From assembly GCA_963781585.1 (NCBI GenBank), contig CAWAGQ010000007.1:1-64000 (forward strand): 64,000 nt of DNA, read 5' to 3'. The notes below the pieces were generated by a model that saw only the letters and a program-made list of their open reading frames with translations, was not told the origin of the DNA and made no database searches. This DNA is from an uncultured Gemmatimonadaceae bacterium (GTDB taxonomy: Bacteria; Gemmatimonadota; Gemmatimonadetes; Gemmatimonadales; Gemmatimonadaceae). How positions within the stretch are numbered: position 1 is the first letter of the stretch; every line of letters begins with the position of its first letter. A program made the translations under genes and the position numbers. Of this stretch, positions 29,486-37,702 are shown piece after piece.

Positions 29486-29507
29486 GATTGTGAGCCCGGT
29501 CACAATC
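29486..29507. promoter_or_regulatory. CRP/FNR-family binding site upstream of the minor pilin operon
   Basis: GATTGTGA-N6-TCACAATC contains the exact TGTGA-N6-TCACA consensus. A weaker TCGCA-N6-TCACA site lies at 29515-29530. Confidence 0.65.
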
Positions 29508-29699
29508 CGGTCGGTCGCAAACATGTCACACGTAAGGCGGTTGGTGCATCCCGCCCGATCCGGTCATTACGACCGCTGGCCCCGTTCGTCCATTATGCGC
29601 AACGCGATAACAGCGCGGTGAAGGGTTCAGTCCCGAGGAACGCGCGGAACGCACCACACCAGGGATCCGTGACCAAGACGCTCTGAATTTCGGACTGCC

Positions 29700-30143
29700 A
29701 TGAAATCCCGGCGCGGCCTGACCCTTGTGGAGCTCATGCTCCTGATCTCGGTACTCGGGATCGTGGCCGCCATGTCGCTGCCGAAAGTGAACCAGCTCCT
29801 CCGCCAGAACCGGGCGATCTCAGCCTCGGTCGCTGTGGCGTCCGATGTCGAGGGGGCGTTTTCACTGGCGGCCCGCGAGCGGAAGCCGGTGCGCCTCACC
29901 TACGACGCCCCTTCCGAGGAGCTTCGGCTGGCCGATCGTGCAGCCGGCACGATATACCGCCATCGCCCGTTAGGTGCGACCTCCGAATTCAAACTCGACG
30001 CCGTTGACCTCTCACCGCCAACGGTCGACTTCTTCCCCAACGGACTGGCCTCCAGCGCATTCACGATCACGTTGACCGACGGCAAGTTCGCGCGGCAGGT
30101 GGTGGTGACGCGCACGGGCCTCACGAGAACGGTGGTGCCCTGA
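29700..30143 (+). CDS. Type IV minor pilin / pseudopilin, FimT/GspH-like
   Basis: Class III signal RRG|LTLVEL; ARERKPVRL; FFPNG; C-terminal VTRTGL. Confidence 0.85.
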   Translation: MKSRRGLTLVELMLLISVLGIVAAMSLPKVNQLLRQNRAISASVAVASDVEGAFSLAARERKPVRLTYDAPSEELRLADRAAGTIYRHRPLGATSEFKLDAVDLSPPTVDFFPNGLASSAFTITLTDGKFARQVVVTRTGLTRTVVP

Positions 30144-30145
30144 GC

Positions 30146-30592
30146 ATGATTTCCCGCACTCATCGCCATTGCGGCTCGCAAGGCCGGACGCCGCTCCGGC
30201 TTCGCGCGCGAGCCGGACTCTCGATCGTCGAGGTGGTCGTCGCGCTGGTGATCTTCAGCATCGGCTTGCTCGGCGTGGCCGGCACGCTGGTGAAATCCGC
30301 GTCGAGCGGCGGCCAAATGCGCACGCTGACAGGGCGTTCGGCCACCCTGGCGCTCCAGCTCAGTCGCCTGTCGGCGCTGCCTTTCGATTCCCTCACCAAC
30401 GCTGCGGGTTGCACGACCGTCACGACGCCTCCCTTCAAGCACACGCGGTGCGTCGCGCTGATCAGCATCGCCGTCGGAACGGGCTCGACCCAGGTGCGAC
30501 TCATCGTCATTCCGGCGAACGCGCATCTTCGGGCGGACACCGTCTACCTGATTCGTTCCAGGGGTGCGTTGCCCAACCCGCTGAACTACTGA
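30146..30592 (+). CDS. Type IV minor pilin, PilV-like
   Basis: RAG|LSIVEVVVALVIFSIGLLG prepilin motif. Confidence 0.8.
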   Translation: MISRTHRHCGSQGRTPLRLRARAGLSIVEVVVALVIFSIGLLGVAGTLVKSASSGGQMRTLTGRSATLALQLSRLSALPFDSLTNAAGCTTVTTPPFKHTRCVALISIAVGTGSTQVRLIVIPANAHLRADTVYLIRSRGALPNPLNY

Positions 30593-31449
30593 TGAACCCC
30601 CGCCTCGCTCTTCGCAACCACGCCGGATATGGCCTCGCCGAGGTACTGGTCTCCCTGGTCCTCCTGGGAATCGTCGGCATTGGTCTGACCAGGACGCTCA
30701 TCTCCCAGACACGCTTTGCCGACATGGAGCACAAGCAGAGCGGCGCGCGCAACGTGGCGCGCTCGCCGGTGAATCTGCTGCTCTCGGAGGGTCGGATGGT
30801 CGAGAACGGCAACGGCGTGGCGGCCGCGATCTCCGCATCGGGAGCCTCCTCCGTCACGCTCCGCGTTCCGGTCAGCATGGGACTGGTCTGCGGGGCGTCG
30901 GGCGCCGGGACCGCGGTGAGCATGATGCCCACCGACTCCGTGGCGCTCGCCGGCGCCGCGCTGTCGGGCTATGCCTATCGGGCCAGCAGTGGCGCGTACG
31001 ACTACACCGAAACGCCGATCACCCTGTCATCGGCTGGTGCGGCGGTATGTACGGCCGCGCAGATCACGACCGTCCCCGGCGGTCGCGTGGTGACGATCAC
31101 CCCGGCGTTCCCGGCTGCGGCCACCGCCGGCTTGCCGGCGTTCATCTATCAGCGGGTCAGGTATTCGTTCGCCGCGTCCACATCCATCTCAGGCCGCCTG
31201 GCACTCTGGCGCACCCTCGAAGCCACCAACACCGCCGAGGAGCTGGCCGCGCCGTACGATACCTCGTCGCGCTTTCGCTTTTTCCGGAACAACAACGACA
31301 CGTCGGACGTGACTGTTCCGGCGCTCACGGAAATCAATGGAATCGAGCTTGTCCTCGTCGGCGCGAGCGAGAAGGGACGGTTCGGCCGGTCCACGCCCGA
31401 AACCGCGACCGTGCGAACAGCGGTGTTCTTCTCCAACCGAACGAACTAG
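30592..31449 (+). CDS. Type IV minor pilin, PilW-like
   Basis: HAG|YGLAEVLVSL prepilin motif; TGATG coupling to the upstream gene. Confidence 0.8.
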   Translation: MNPRLALRNHAGYGLAEVLVSLVLLGIVGIGLTRTLISQTRFADMEHKQSGARNVARSPVNLLLSEGRMVENGNGVAAAISASGASSVTLRVPVSMGLVCGASGAGTAVSMMPTDSVALAGAALSGYAYRASSGAYDYTETPITLSSAGAAVCTAAQITTVPGGRVVTITPAFPAAATAGLPAFIYQRVRYSFAASTSISGRLALWRTLEATNTAEELAAPYDTSSRFRFFRNNNDTSDVTVPALTEINGIELVLVGASEKGRFGRSTPETATVRTAVFFSNRTN

Positions 31450-31454
31450 GAAGC

Positions 31455-32567
31455 ATGCGCAACAGGCGAGCCGCGAATCGCTACGGGTCACCCCGCCGGG
31501 CGCGCCGCGGCTCAGCGCTGATCCTGTCGCTGCTGGTGATCGTGGTGCTCTCCGTGACTGTGGCAGGCACCTTGAGCATGATGTTATCGGAGCGCAAGTC
31601 ACTGGGCGATTTCGAGGCCAGCGTAGATGCATACGACCTCGCACGCTCGGCGTATGACGAATTCATCGCGGATCCCACCGGCGCGCTGGCCGGATTCGCG
31701 CCACCCACGTGGGTCGGTCCCGATTCGGTGTACTTCACGTTTCCCACCGGCTACGCCTACGTGAGCGTGCAACGCGTGATGCCGGCCGCAGGAACCACCC
31801 CCGCGACCTATCTCGTGCGTTCACGTGCGGTCCGTACCGCGTTCCGGTCAGGGAACACGCCAAGCGCGGAGCGCATCTTCGCGCAATACGCGCAATGGTC
31901 CACGGGCTCGCTGGGCACGCTCTCCGCCTGGACGAGCCTGAGCGGATTGCACAAGAACGGCGGCTCCGGGACGATCAGCGGCGTGGACGCCTGCGGCGCA
32001 ACGCCGTCGGTGGCAGGCGTGGCGGTACCGACCGTGCCCGGCTACACGCAGAACGGAGGGTCCACCGTCCCGAACGGATCGCCGCCCATCCTCGACATGG
32101 GAACGCAGGCGAATGCGGACTCGATGGTGAAGATCGACTGGGCCGGGATCGTCAATGGTGCGGCGCTCACTCCCGACATCACCATCCCCGGCGGGAGCTG
32201 GCCAGGCTTCTCGAACGCGAGCTATTGGCCGGTGATCTACGTCGATCAGCCGGGTGCGTTCTCGGTGCCCGGTGCGGGTCGCGGGGTGCTCATTGTCAGG
32301 AACGACCTCACGATCAGCGGCTCGAACATGTGGAGCGGTGTCATCCTCGTCGGCGGCACGCTGACCTCCAACGGAAACAACACCGTGAGTGGCGCGGTGG
32401 TGTCGGGCCTGAACGTGCTCCTGGGGCAGGCTGTCCCGGTCAACGCGGTCGGCAACGGGAACAAGACGTTCGAGTACAACTCGTGCAATATTACCAGTGC
32501 AACGGCACGGTTCGGTGGCCTGATACCGCTGCGAAACACGTCGGTCGACAACTGGCCATCGTATTGA
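31455..32567 (+). CDS. Type IV minor pilin, PilX-like
   Basis: RRG|SALILSLL lacks Glu+5, as in PilX/GspK; C-terminal Gly/Asn-rich repeats (GVLIVRNDLTISG, GVILVGGTLTSNG). Confidence 0.8.
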   Translation: MRNRRAANRYGSPRRARRGSALILSLLVIVVLSVTVAGTLSMMLSERKSLGDFEASVDAYDLARSAYDEFIADPTGALAGFAPPTWVGPDSVYFTFPTGYAYVSVQRVMPAAGTTPATYLVRSRAVRTAFRSGNTPSAERIFAQYAQWSTGSLGTLSAWTSLSGLHKNGGSGTISGVDACGATPSVAGVAVPTVPGYTQNGGSTVPNGSPPILDMGTQANADSMVKIDWAGIVNGAALTPDITIPGGSWPGFSNASYWPVIYVDQPGAFSVPGAGRGVLIVRNDLTISGSNMWSGVILVGGTLTSNGNNTVSGAVVSGLNVLLGQAVPVNAVGNGNKTFEYNSCNITSATARFGGLIPLRNTSVDNWPSY

Positions 32568-32760
32568 CGTCCCGTCGCGGATGCCCGACCGGCGTCCAAT
32601 CCGCGATTCCACGGGAAGCTGAAGGTGCGGACGCTCGGCTGGACGAGGCGAAGATCCAGCTCTGACTGGTCTCAGGAACCAAGGCGCGCATTCCAGGGCC
32701 GTCTTGCGGAGCGGCGCCGGGCCACAAGAACGCCTGAGCCGGCCCAACGGGGCGGGGCGA

Positions 32761-33507
32761 TCAGGGGTCCACGCCTAACGAGGCGTAGTAGCCGGCGACC
32801 CGTTCGCGCGAGCCCGGCATCGTATACACGTCGGGCTGCCGGGTCTCGATCACGCGGGCGATGACCGCGGCCACATCGTCCGCGCTCTGCGAATGCGGCA
32901 GCCCACGGGAATCGGGCCCTCCATGCACGGCGCTGAGCCCGAAATCCGTGCGCACCACCGGCGGCGACACAATCGAGAACTGGATGTCGGGATGCGTCGC
33001 CTGCACCTCGGCGCGGAAGGTCGCGGTGAGCGCATTCATGAAGTGCTTCGCGCCACAGTACGCGGAACGGATGACCGCGAAGGGAATGCGGCCGAGCATG
33101 GAGGACACGTTGATCACGTGGCCGGTAGCGCGCTCCCTGAAGTGCGGCAGAACTTCCTGCATGCCGTAGAACGCGGACTTCACGTTGATCCGCATCATGT
33201 CGTCCAGATCCTGGTCCGTGAGCTGCGAGGGCACACGCGAGATCCCCTGGCCGGCGTTGTTCACCCAGACGTCGATGTGCCCGAACCGGGAGAGCGACTC
33301 GGCGACCACGCGCTTGACGTCGTCGCGGCGGGTGACGTCCGCGACGATGACGTGGGCGCGCCCGCCGCAGCGCGCGGCGACGTCGCGGAGAAGCGCCTCG
33401 CGCCGCGCCACGAGGACAAGACTCGACGCGCTCTGCGCGAGCAGCCCGGCCAGAGCGGCTCCGATGCCGCTGCTGGCGCCGGTGATGACGACGACACGAT
33501 CAGCCAA
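32761..33507 (-). CDS. SDR family oxidoreductase
   Basis: ITGASSGIG, VNNAG, NVSS and YCGAK; probable TTG start after GAGG. Confidence 0.9.
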   Translation of the reverse strand: MADRVVVITGASSGIGAALAGLLAQSASSLVLVARREALLRDVAARCGGRAHVIVADVTRRDDVKRVVAESLSRFGHIDVWVNNAGQGISRVPSQLTDQDLDDMMRINVKSAFYGMQEVLPHFRERATGHVINVSSMLGRIPFAVIRSAYCGAKHFMNALTATFRAEVQATHPDIQFSIVSPPVVRTDFGLSAVHGGPDSRGLPHSQSADDVAAVIARVIETRQPDVYTMPGSRERVAGYYASLGVDP

Positions 33508-33550
33508 CCCTGTATTCCTCGATGGAGGTTGGCCGCAACCTGTTCCGCTT

Positions 33551-33802
33551 TCACGATCCGGGCAAGCCGTGCTCGGCCCGGCGCCACACGTCCCGCCAGG
33601 CTGCTTCGAGCTCCCGGTTGATCGACCCCACGATACCCGGGATCTCCGGATCGGGCTCGCCAAGGCACGCGTTCAGCGCGAACCGCCTTGCGGCCAGCGG
33701 AATCCGCGCCAGGAAGGCTTCGAGACGTGCCGGATCGACCCGCGGGTCGAGCGCGGCACGTTGTTCCCGGGTCAGGCGAGCTGATGGTCCCGACGATTCC
33801 AT
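33551..33802 (-). CDS. Small hypothetical protein
   Basis: 83-aa ORF filling the gap between co-oriented genes; no motif recognised. Confidence 0.45.
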   Translation of the reverse strand: MESSGPSARLTREQRAALDPRVDPARLEAFLARIPLAARRFALNACLGEPDPEIPGIVGSINRELEAAWRDVWRRAEHGLPGS

Positions 33803-33858
33803 TGGTTCACGACTCAGAGGCCGCCTCGGCAGGTGATCGCACCAGCGCTCCCGTCAGG

Positions 33859-34341
33859 CTACCACCGCTCGAGCTGCCTCCGATGCCTCAACAGATGACA
33901 GACGGCATGCTCCAGAATCATCTCCGGATCGTAGACCGGTCCCCACCGCACCGTGAATGTCAGTCCCTGGATCTCTTCCTGTGGCGCGTTCAACAACGGC
34001 TCGACGGTCGCTTCGGTGAACGTGATTCCCTCGGCGAGTGCCCCACGCACGTCACGTGGCGAGCCGATCCGGGCGGGGTCCAGGTCGTAGGGTTCGACGA
34101 AGTCCTGGCCGCGTGCTTTCCGGATGTAATGCGCGTACCGATGGGCCGCGCCGCAGGCGTGCACACAGATGGACTTCGGCGAAACGGTATTTGGATTGTT
34201 CGACGCGCGTTCCGTCATGAACCGCGGGGGGTCGAAGGTCTCCACCACGCGGCAGAAGTCTTCGGCGGCGCGCGCGTACTCGTCCATCAGGGCGCCGAAC
34301 GGGCCCGAGCGGCCGGGATGCATGATGAATGGGGTGGTCAT
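33859..34341 (-). CDS. DinB family protein
   Basis: SICVHA and ILEHAVCHLLRHRRQL His pattern. Confidence 0.8.
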   Translation of the reverse strand: MTTPFIMHPGRSGPFGALMDEYARAAEDFCRVVETFDPPRFMTERASNNPNTVSPKSICVHACGAAHRYAHYIRKARGQDFVEPYDLDPARIGSPRDVRGALAEGITFTEATVEPLLNAPQEEIQGLTFTVRWGPVYDPEMILEHAVCHLLRHRRQLERW

Positions 34342-34456
34342 GGAACTGGTGGGTGAAGGCTGGAATGTCGCAGGGCGCCTGGCGGCGGAGCCACGTACAC
34401 GTGAGGTTGTCGGTGGGGTTGGATGCCCAACCCCGTAGCCGCAGCCCTCCGTTGCT

Positions 34457-36427
34457 TCACGGCTTCCTCCACATGTTGTTGCCGCGGTCGACGTCCGGGA
34501 AATTCCCCGCCAGATCGATGGCGACGTGGGTGACGGGTTGACTCACGGCGTGGGTTGAGGTGATCTGTCGCGCACCGACGAACCATACCGACGCCGGTTC
34601 GCGCCACGACACCAGCGACCCGTCGGCCAGTGTGGCGGTCAGATCGACCGGCGCGTACAGGCCGCCCAGGTTCTCGACAGTCACGCTGACCTTGCCGCGA
34701 CTGGATTCGGCGCTGGTCACCGCCTGATCGAGCCGCTCGTTGGTGAAGAACCAGGGCTCCCAGAACCAGTCCAGGTTCTGGTGCGTCACGTCGGCGAACG
34801 CGTTGAAGAAATCCCACGGCGTGGGATGGCGGTAGGCCCACCGCTGGATGTACGTGACGTACGCCCGGTGAAAGAGATCCGGCCCCAGAATGGTGCGCAG
34901 GGCCCAGAGCGTCGAGCCCGGCTTGTCGTAGGCCTCGGGCCCGTAGCCGGAATTCGGAGACACGCCGAATGCATTGGCCGGGGACATCATCGTGAAATCC
35001 TCGTCGGCGCTCTTCGCGAACGCCACGTACGTGTCGCGCGAGTCGATCCGGCCCCGGTCCTGATTCGTCGTCCGGAAGTAATCATCGGTGGCGAAGAACG
35101 TGTCGAACGTGTTCAGCCCTTCATCCTGCCAGCCGTATCGCGTCTCGTCGCTCCCGACCAGCATCGGGAACCATTCGTGGCCGATCTCGTGCGCGGTGAC
35201 GCCGTCCAGCCGGAAGGTATCGGCGTAGGCCTGCACGAAAACGGTCATGGGGTATTCCATTCCACCGCTGCCGCCTTCGGTTTCGGTGAGCTGGGGATAG
35301 GGATAGGGCACCATGCGCGCCGAATGGGATTCCAGCGCGCTCCGTGCCATCGCGGCCACCTGCGTGAAGCCCGGGGCGCCCGGCCGGTACAGCACGTTGA
35401 CCGCCGCGTAGCGATGCGCCGCGGAATCGACCAGGGCCCGGGTCGCGTCCCACAGGTAGTGGTCACTGAACGAGAACGCCACGTCGCGCACGCTGTCCGC
35501 CGTGAAGGTCCAGGTCAGCAGATCGCCCGGTCGTCCCACTGTCGCCCCGCCGCCGCCTGACGAGGACGGCGTGACCACGTGCGCGATCTCGTCGTTCCGC
35601 ATCGCGCCGTCCAGCGCCTGCCGAACAGATGGCGGCAGCACCGCGTCGGCGTTGGTCAGGGTGCCGGTGCCGCCCACGAGGAATCGGGCGGGCAGCGTGA
35701 TGCTGTACCGGAAGCGGCCGTAGTCGAGATAGAACTCTCCGGTACCGGTGTACTGCTGCTCGTCCCAGCCGTGGAGGTCGTCGTACACGGCTACTTGCGG
35801 ATACCACTGGGCAACCTGGGCCGTGGTGGCGTCCTGCATCCCCATGCGGTCGGCGTTCGCCGGCGGGATAGTGAAGTGCCACTGGATGTGGAACGTCGCC
35901 GAATCCCCGGGAAGCAGCGGCCGGTGCGGCCGGACGATCAGCAATGTACCGATGACCTGCGTGGTATCGCCCATGGCAAACGCCGGCGTGCCCGCGATGC
36001 CCGGCGGGATGGGCAGCACGCCACCCTCCTCCTCCAGCCGATCGAGCACCAGACCGGCCGTGGTCCACCCGTTAGGCTGCTCGCGGGCCGCGCCGGCCGC
36101 GAACAGGTTCTGATAGACGTGCACCACCACATGCGACAGCGTATCGGGCGACCGGTTGAAGTAGACGATAGTCTCGTCGCCGCGCAGCAGGGAATCGCGC
36201 GGTGACACCGTGGCGTGGATGTCGTAGTTGGCGCCGTTCTGCCAGTAGCGCGGCCCGGGGGCACCGTTGACGGCGCGTGTGCCGCGCGCCACGGCACGCT
36301 GCACCGCGGGAGGCGGCACCACGAGCAGGGGCGAGAGGGCCGGCCCCTTCTGCTGGGCAGAGGCCGGAACGGCGGTACCCGCCACCGCCAGCACCATCGT
36401 CGCACGAAGCACCGGCCTGCTCCTCAT
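34457..36427 (-). CDS. M1 family aminopeptidase, secreted
   Basis: GGMEYP, HEIGH-x18-E and AYDKP motifs; signal peptide from ATG 36427. Confidence 0.92.
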   Translation of the reverse strand: MRSRPVLRATMVLAVAGTAVPASAQQKGPALSPLLVVPPPAVQRAVARGTRAVNGAPGPRYWQNGANYDIHATVSPRDSLLRGDETIVYFNRSPDTLSHVVVHVYQNLFAAGAAREQPNGWTTAGLVLDRLEEEGGVLPIPPGIAGTPAFAMGDTTQVIGTLLIVRPHRPLLPGDSATFHIQWHFTIPPANADRMGMQDATTAQVAQWYPQVAVYDDLHGWDEQQYTGTGEFYLDYGRFRYSITLPARFLVGGTGTLTNADAVLPPSVRQALDGAMRNDEIAHVVTPSSSGGGGATVGRPGDLLTWTFTADSVRDVAFSFSDHYLWDATRALVDSAAHRYAAVNVLYRPGAPGFTQVAAMARSALESHSARMVPYPYPQLTETEGGSGGMEYPMTVFVQAYADTFRLDGVTAHEIGHEWFPMLVGSDETRYGWQDEGLNTFDTFFATDDYFRTTNQDRGRIDSRDTYVAFAKSADEDFTMMSPANAFGVSPNSGYGPEAYDKPGSTLWALRTILGPDLFHRAYVTYIQRWAYRHPTPWDFFNAFADVTHQNLDWFWEPWFFTNERLDQAVTSAESSRGKVSVTVENLGGLYAPVDLTATLADGSLVSWREPASVWFVGARQITSTHAVSQPVTHVAIDLAGNFPDVDRGNNMWRKP

Positions 36428-36455
36428 GGCGCAATCCCCCGGTTCATATGGGCCC

Positions 36456-37013
36456 TCAGCATCGCAGTGCCGGCCGCTTCTCCTTCGGCTTGGGCCCGAG
36501 AAGAGAATACCAGACCATTTCTCCGACGTAGGCCCCGAACTGGGCCATCGTGGCGTGCGACCGGTCTCCGCCACACCGATTGAACCACCGGGTGTCGCCT
36601 GGCGCTTTCACCGAATCGTCGTTGCTGGTGAACAGCACCGCGACATCCGACGGCGCCACGCACGTATACCGGCTCCCCGTGCCCGGCAATCGGTCGCAGA
36701 GCGAACGGGTGTCGACCTGGGGCCGCACGGTGATCGAGAACGATGCGTCCATCCCCTGCAGCCGGAGCGCGTGGAGCGTGAGCGCGTGTCGCAGCGCAGT
36801 CTCGAAATCATCACCCGACCCGTACCGCTCATCGGCGCCGTAGTTTCCCGAATTCTTTCCCGGGCCCCAGTCGATCACGAGCTGGCAGGAATGCATCACG
36901 CAGGGAATCGTGCCGCCCGCCTGATTCTGCGAGGCCGCCATCGCCGGAATGAGCACGACGGCCGCGCTGGCGAGTCCATTCCTGATCTGCCGTTGAGCCA
37001 CACGCATATTCAT
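36456..37013 (-). CDS. Hypothetical secreted protein with six Cys
   Basis: Signal-like N-terminus and GGGAG RBS; ends 28 bp before the M1 peptidase start. Confidence 0.6.
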   Translation of the reverse strand: MNMRVAQRQIRNGLASAAVVLIPAMAASQNQAGGTIPCVMHSCQLVIDWGPGKNSGNYGADERYGSGDDFETALRHALTLHALRLQGMDASFSITVRPQVDTRSLCDRLPGTGSRYTCVAPSDVAVLFTSNDDSVKAPGDTRWFNRCGGDRSHATMAQFGAYVGEMVWYSLLGPKPKEKRPALRC

Positions 37014-37267
37014 CGCTCCCGAAAGCACGCGGAAATGACGTGGAACCGCGGGGCATCAGGCAACCTCCCCGCGGCCGTTGTCCGATCACCACTGAATTCT
37101 ATCGGCAATACGCCGCGACGCTGACCCCTGCTGCAGTCGGCGGCTCGGTCGATCATCGACGCAACGCCCCGTGGGCGCCCAATTGCGAGCCACCCGACCG
37201 CTCGCGCCACGCGCACGCACGTGTCCGGTTCGTCCCAGCACTGGCTGCCCGACCATCGCCGACCCAC

Positions 37268-37315
37268 TTGTCGGCGGTATTTCGTATAAATACTCTTTCA
37301 GCATATTTACCGCCG
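37268..37315 (+). promoter_or_regulatory. Promoter/operator of the padR-permease pair
   Basis: TTGTCG-17 nt-TACTCT in an AT-rich patch; inverted repeats CGGCGGTA...TACCGCCG and GTATTT...AAATAC. Confidence 0.55.
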
Positions 37316-37372
37316 CTGTATTTGTCGGAACCGGTCGGCCGTGCAGCGCGGAGAACTCAACACGAGAGCGGC

Positions 37373-37702
37373 ATGAGCATCCTCGAATACCATGTGCTGT
37401 TGGCGCTCGCAAGCAGTCCGCTCTACGGGTATGCCATCAAGGACGCCGTGGCTACGGAGTCCGCAGGCACGCTGACCCCCCGTGCAGGCTCACTCTACCG
37501 CGTACTCGCTCGACTGATGACCTCCGGACTGGTTTCCGAGACCACGCCGGCTGACATGCCTCCGCCCCACCCGGGTCACGCGCGGAAATACTACGGACTG
37601 ACCGGAGCCGGGCGCAGGGCACTCACTGCCGAGGCTCGGCGGCTGAAGCGCACCGCCACGGTCGCCGAAAAGCGACTCGGCGTGGCCCAGGGCCGCCCGT
37701 GA
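37373..37702 (+). CDS. PadR family transcriptional regulator
   Basis: VLLALA...YGYAI...AGSLYRVLARL...RKYYGLTGAG; GTGA overlap with the permease gene. Confidence 0.9.
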   Translation: MSILEYHVLLALASSPLYGYAIKDAVATESAGTLTPRAGSLYRVLARLMTSGLVSETTPADMPPPHPGHARKYYGLTGAGRRALTAEARRLKRTATVAEKRLGVAQGRP

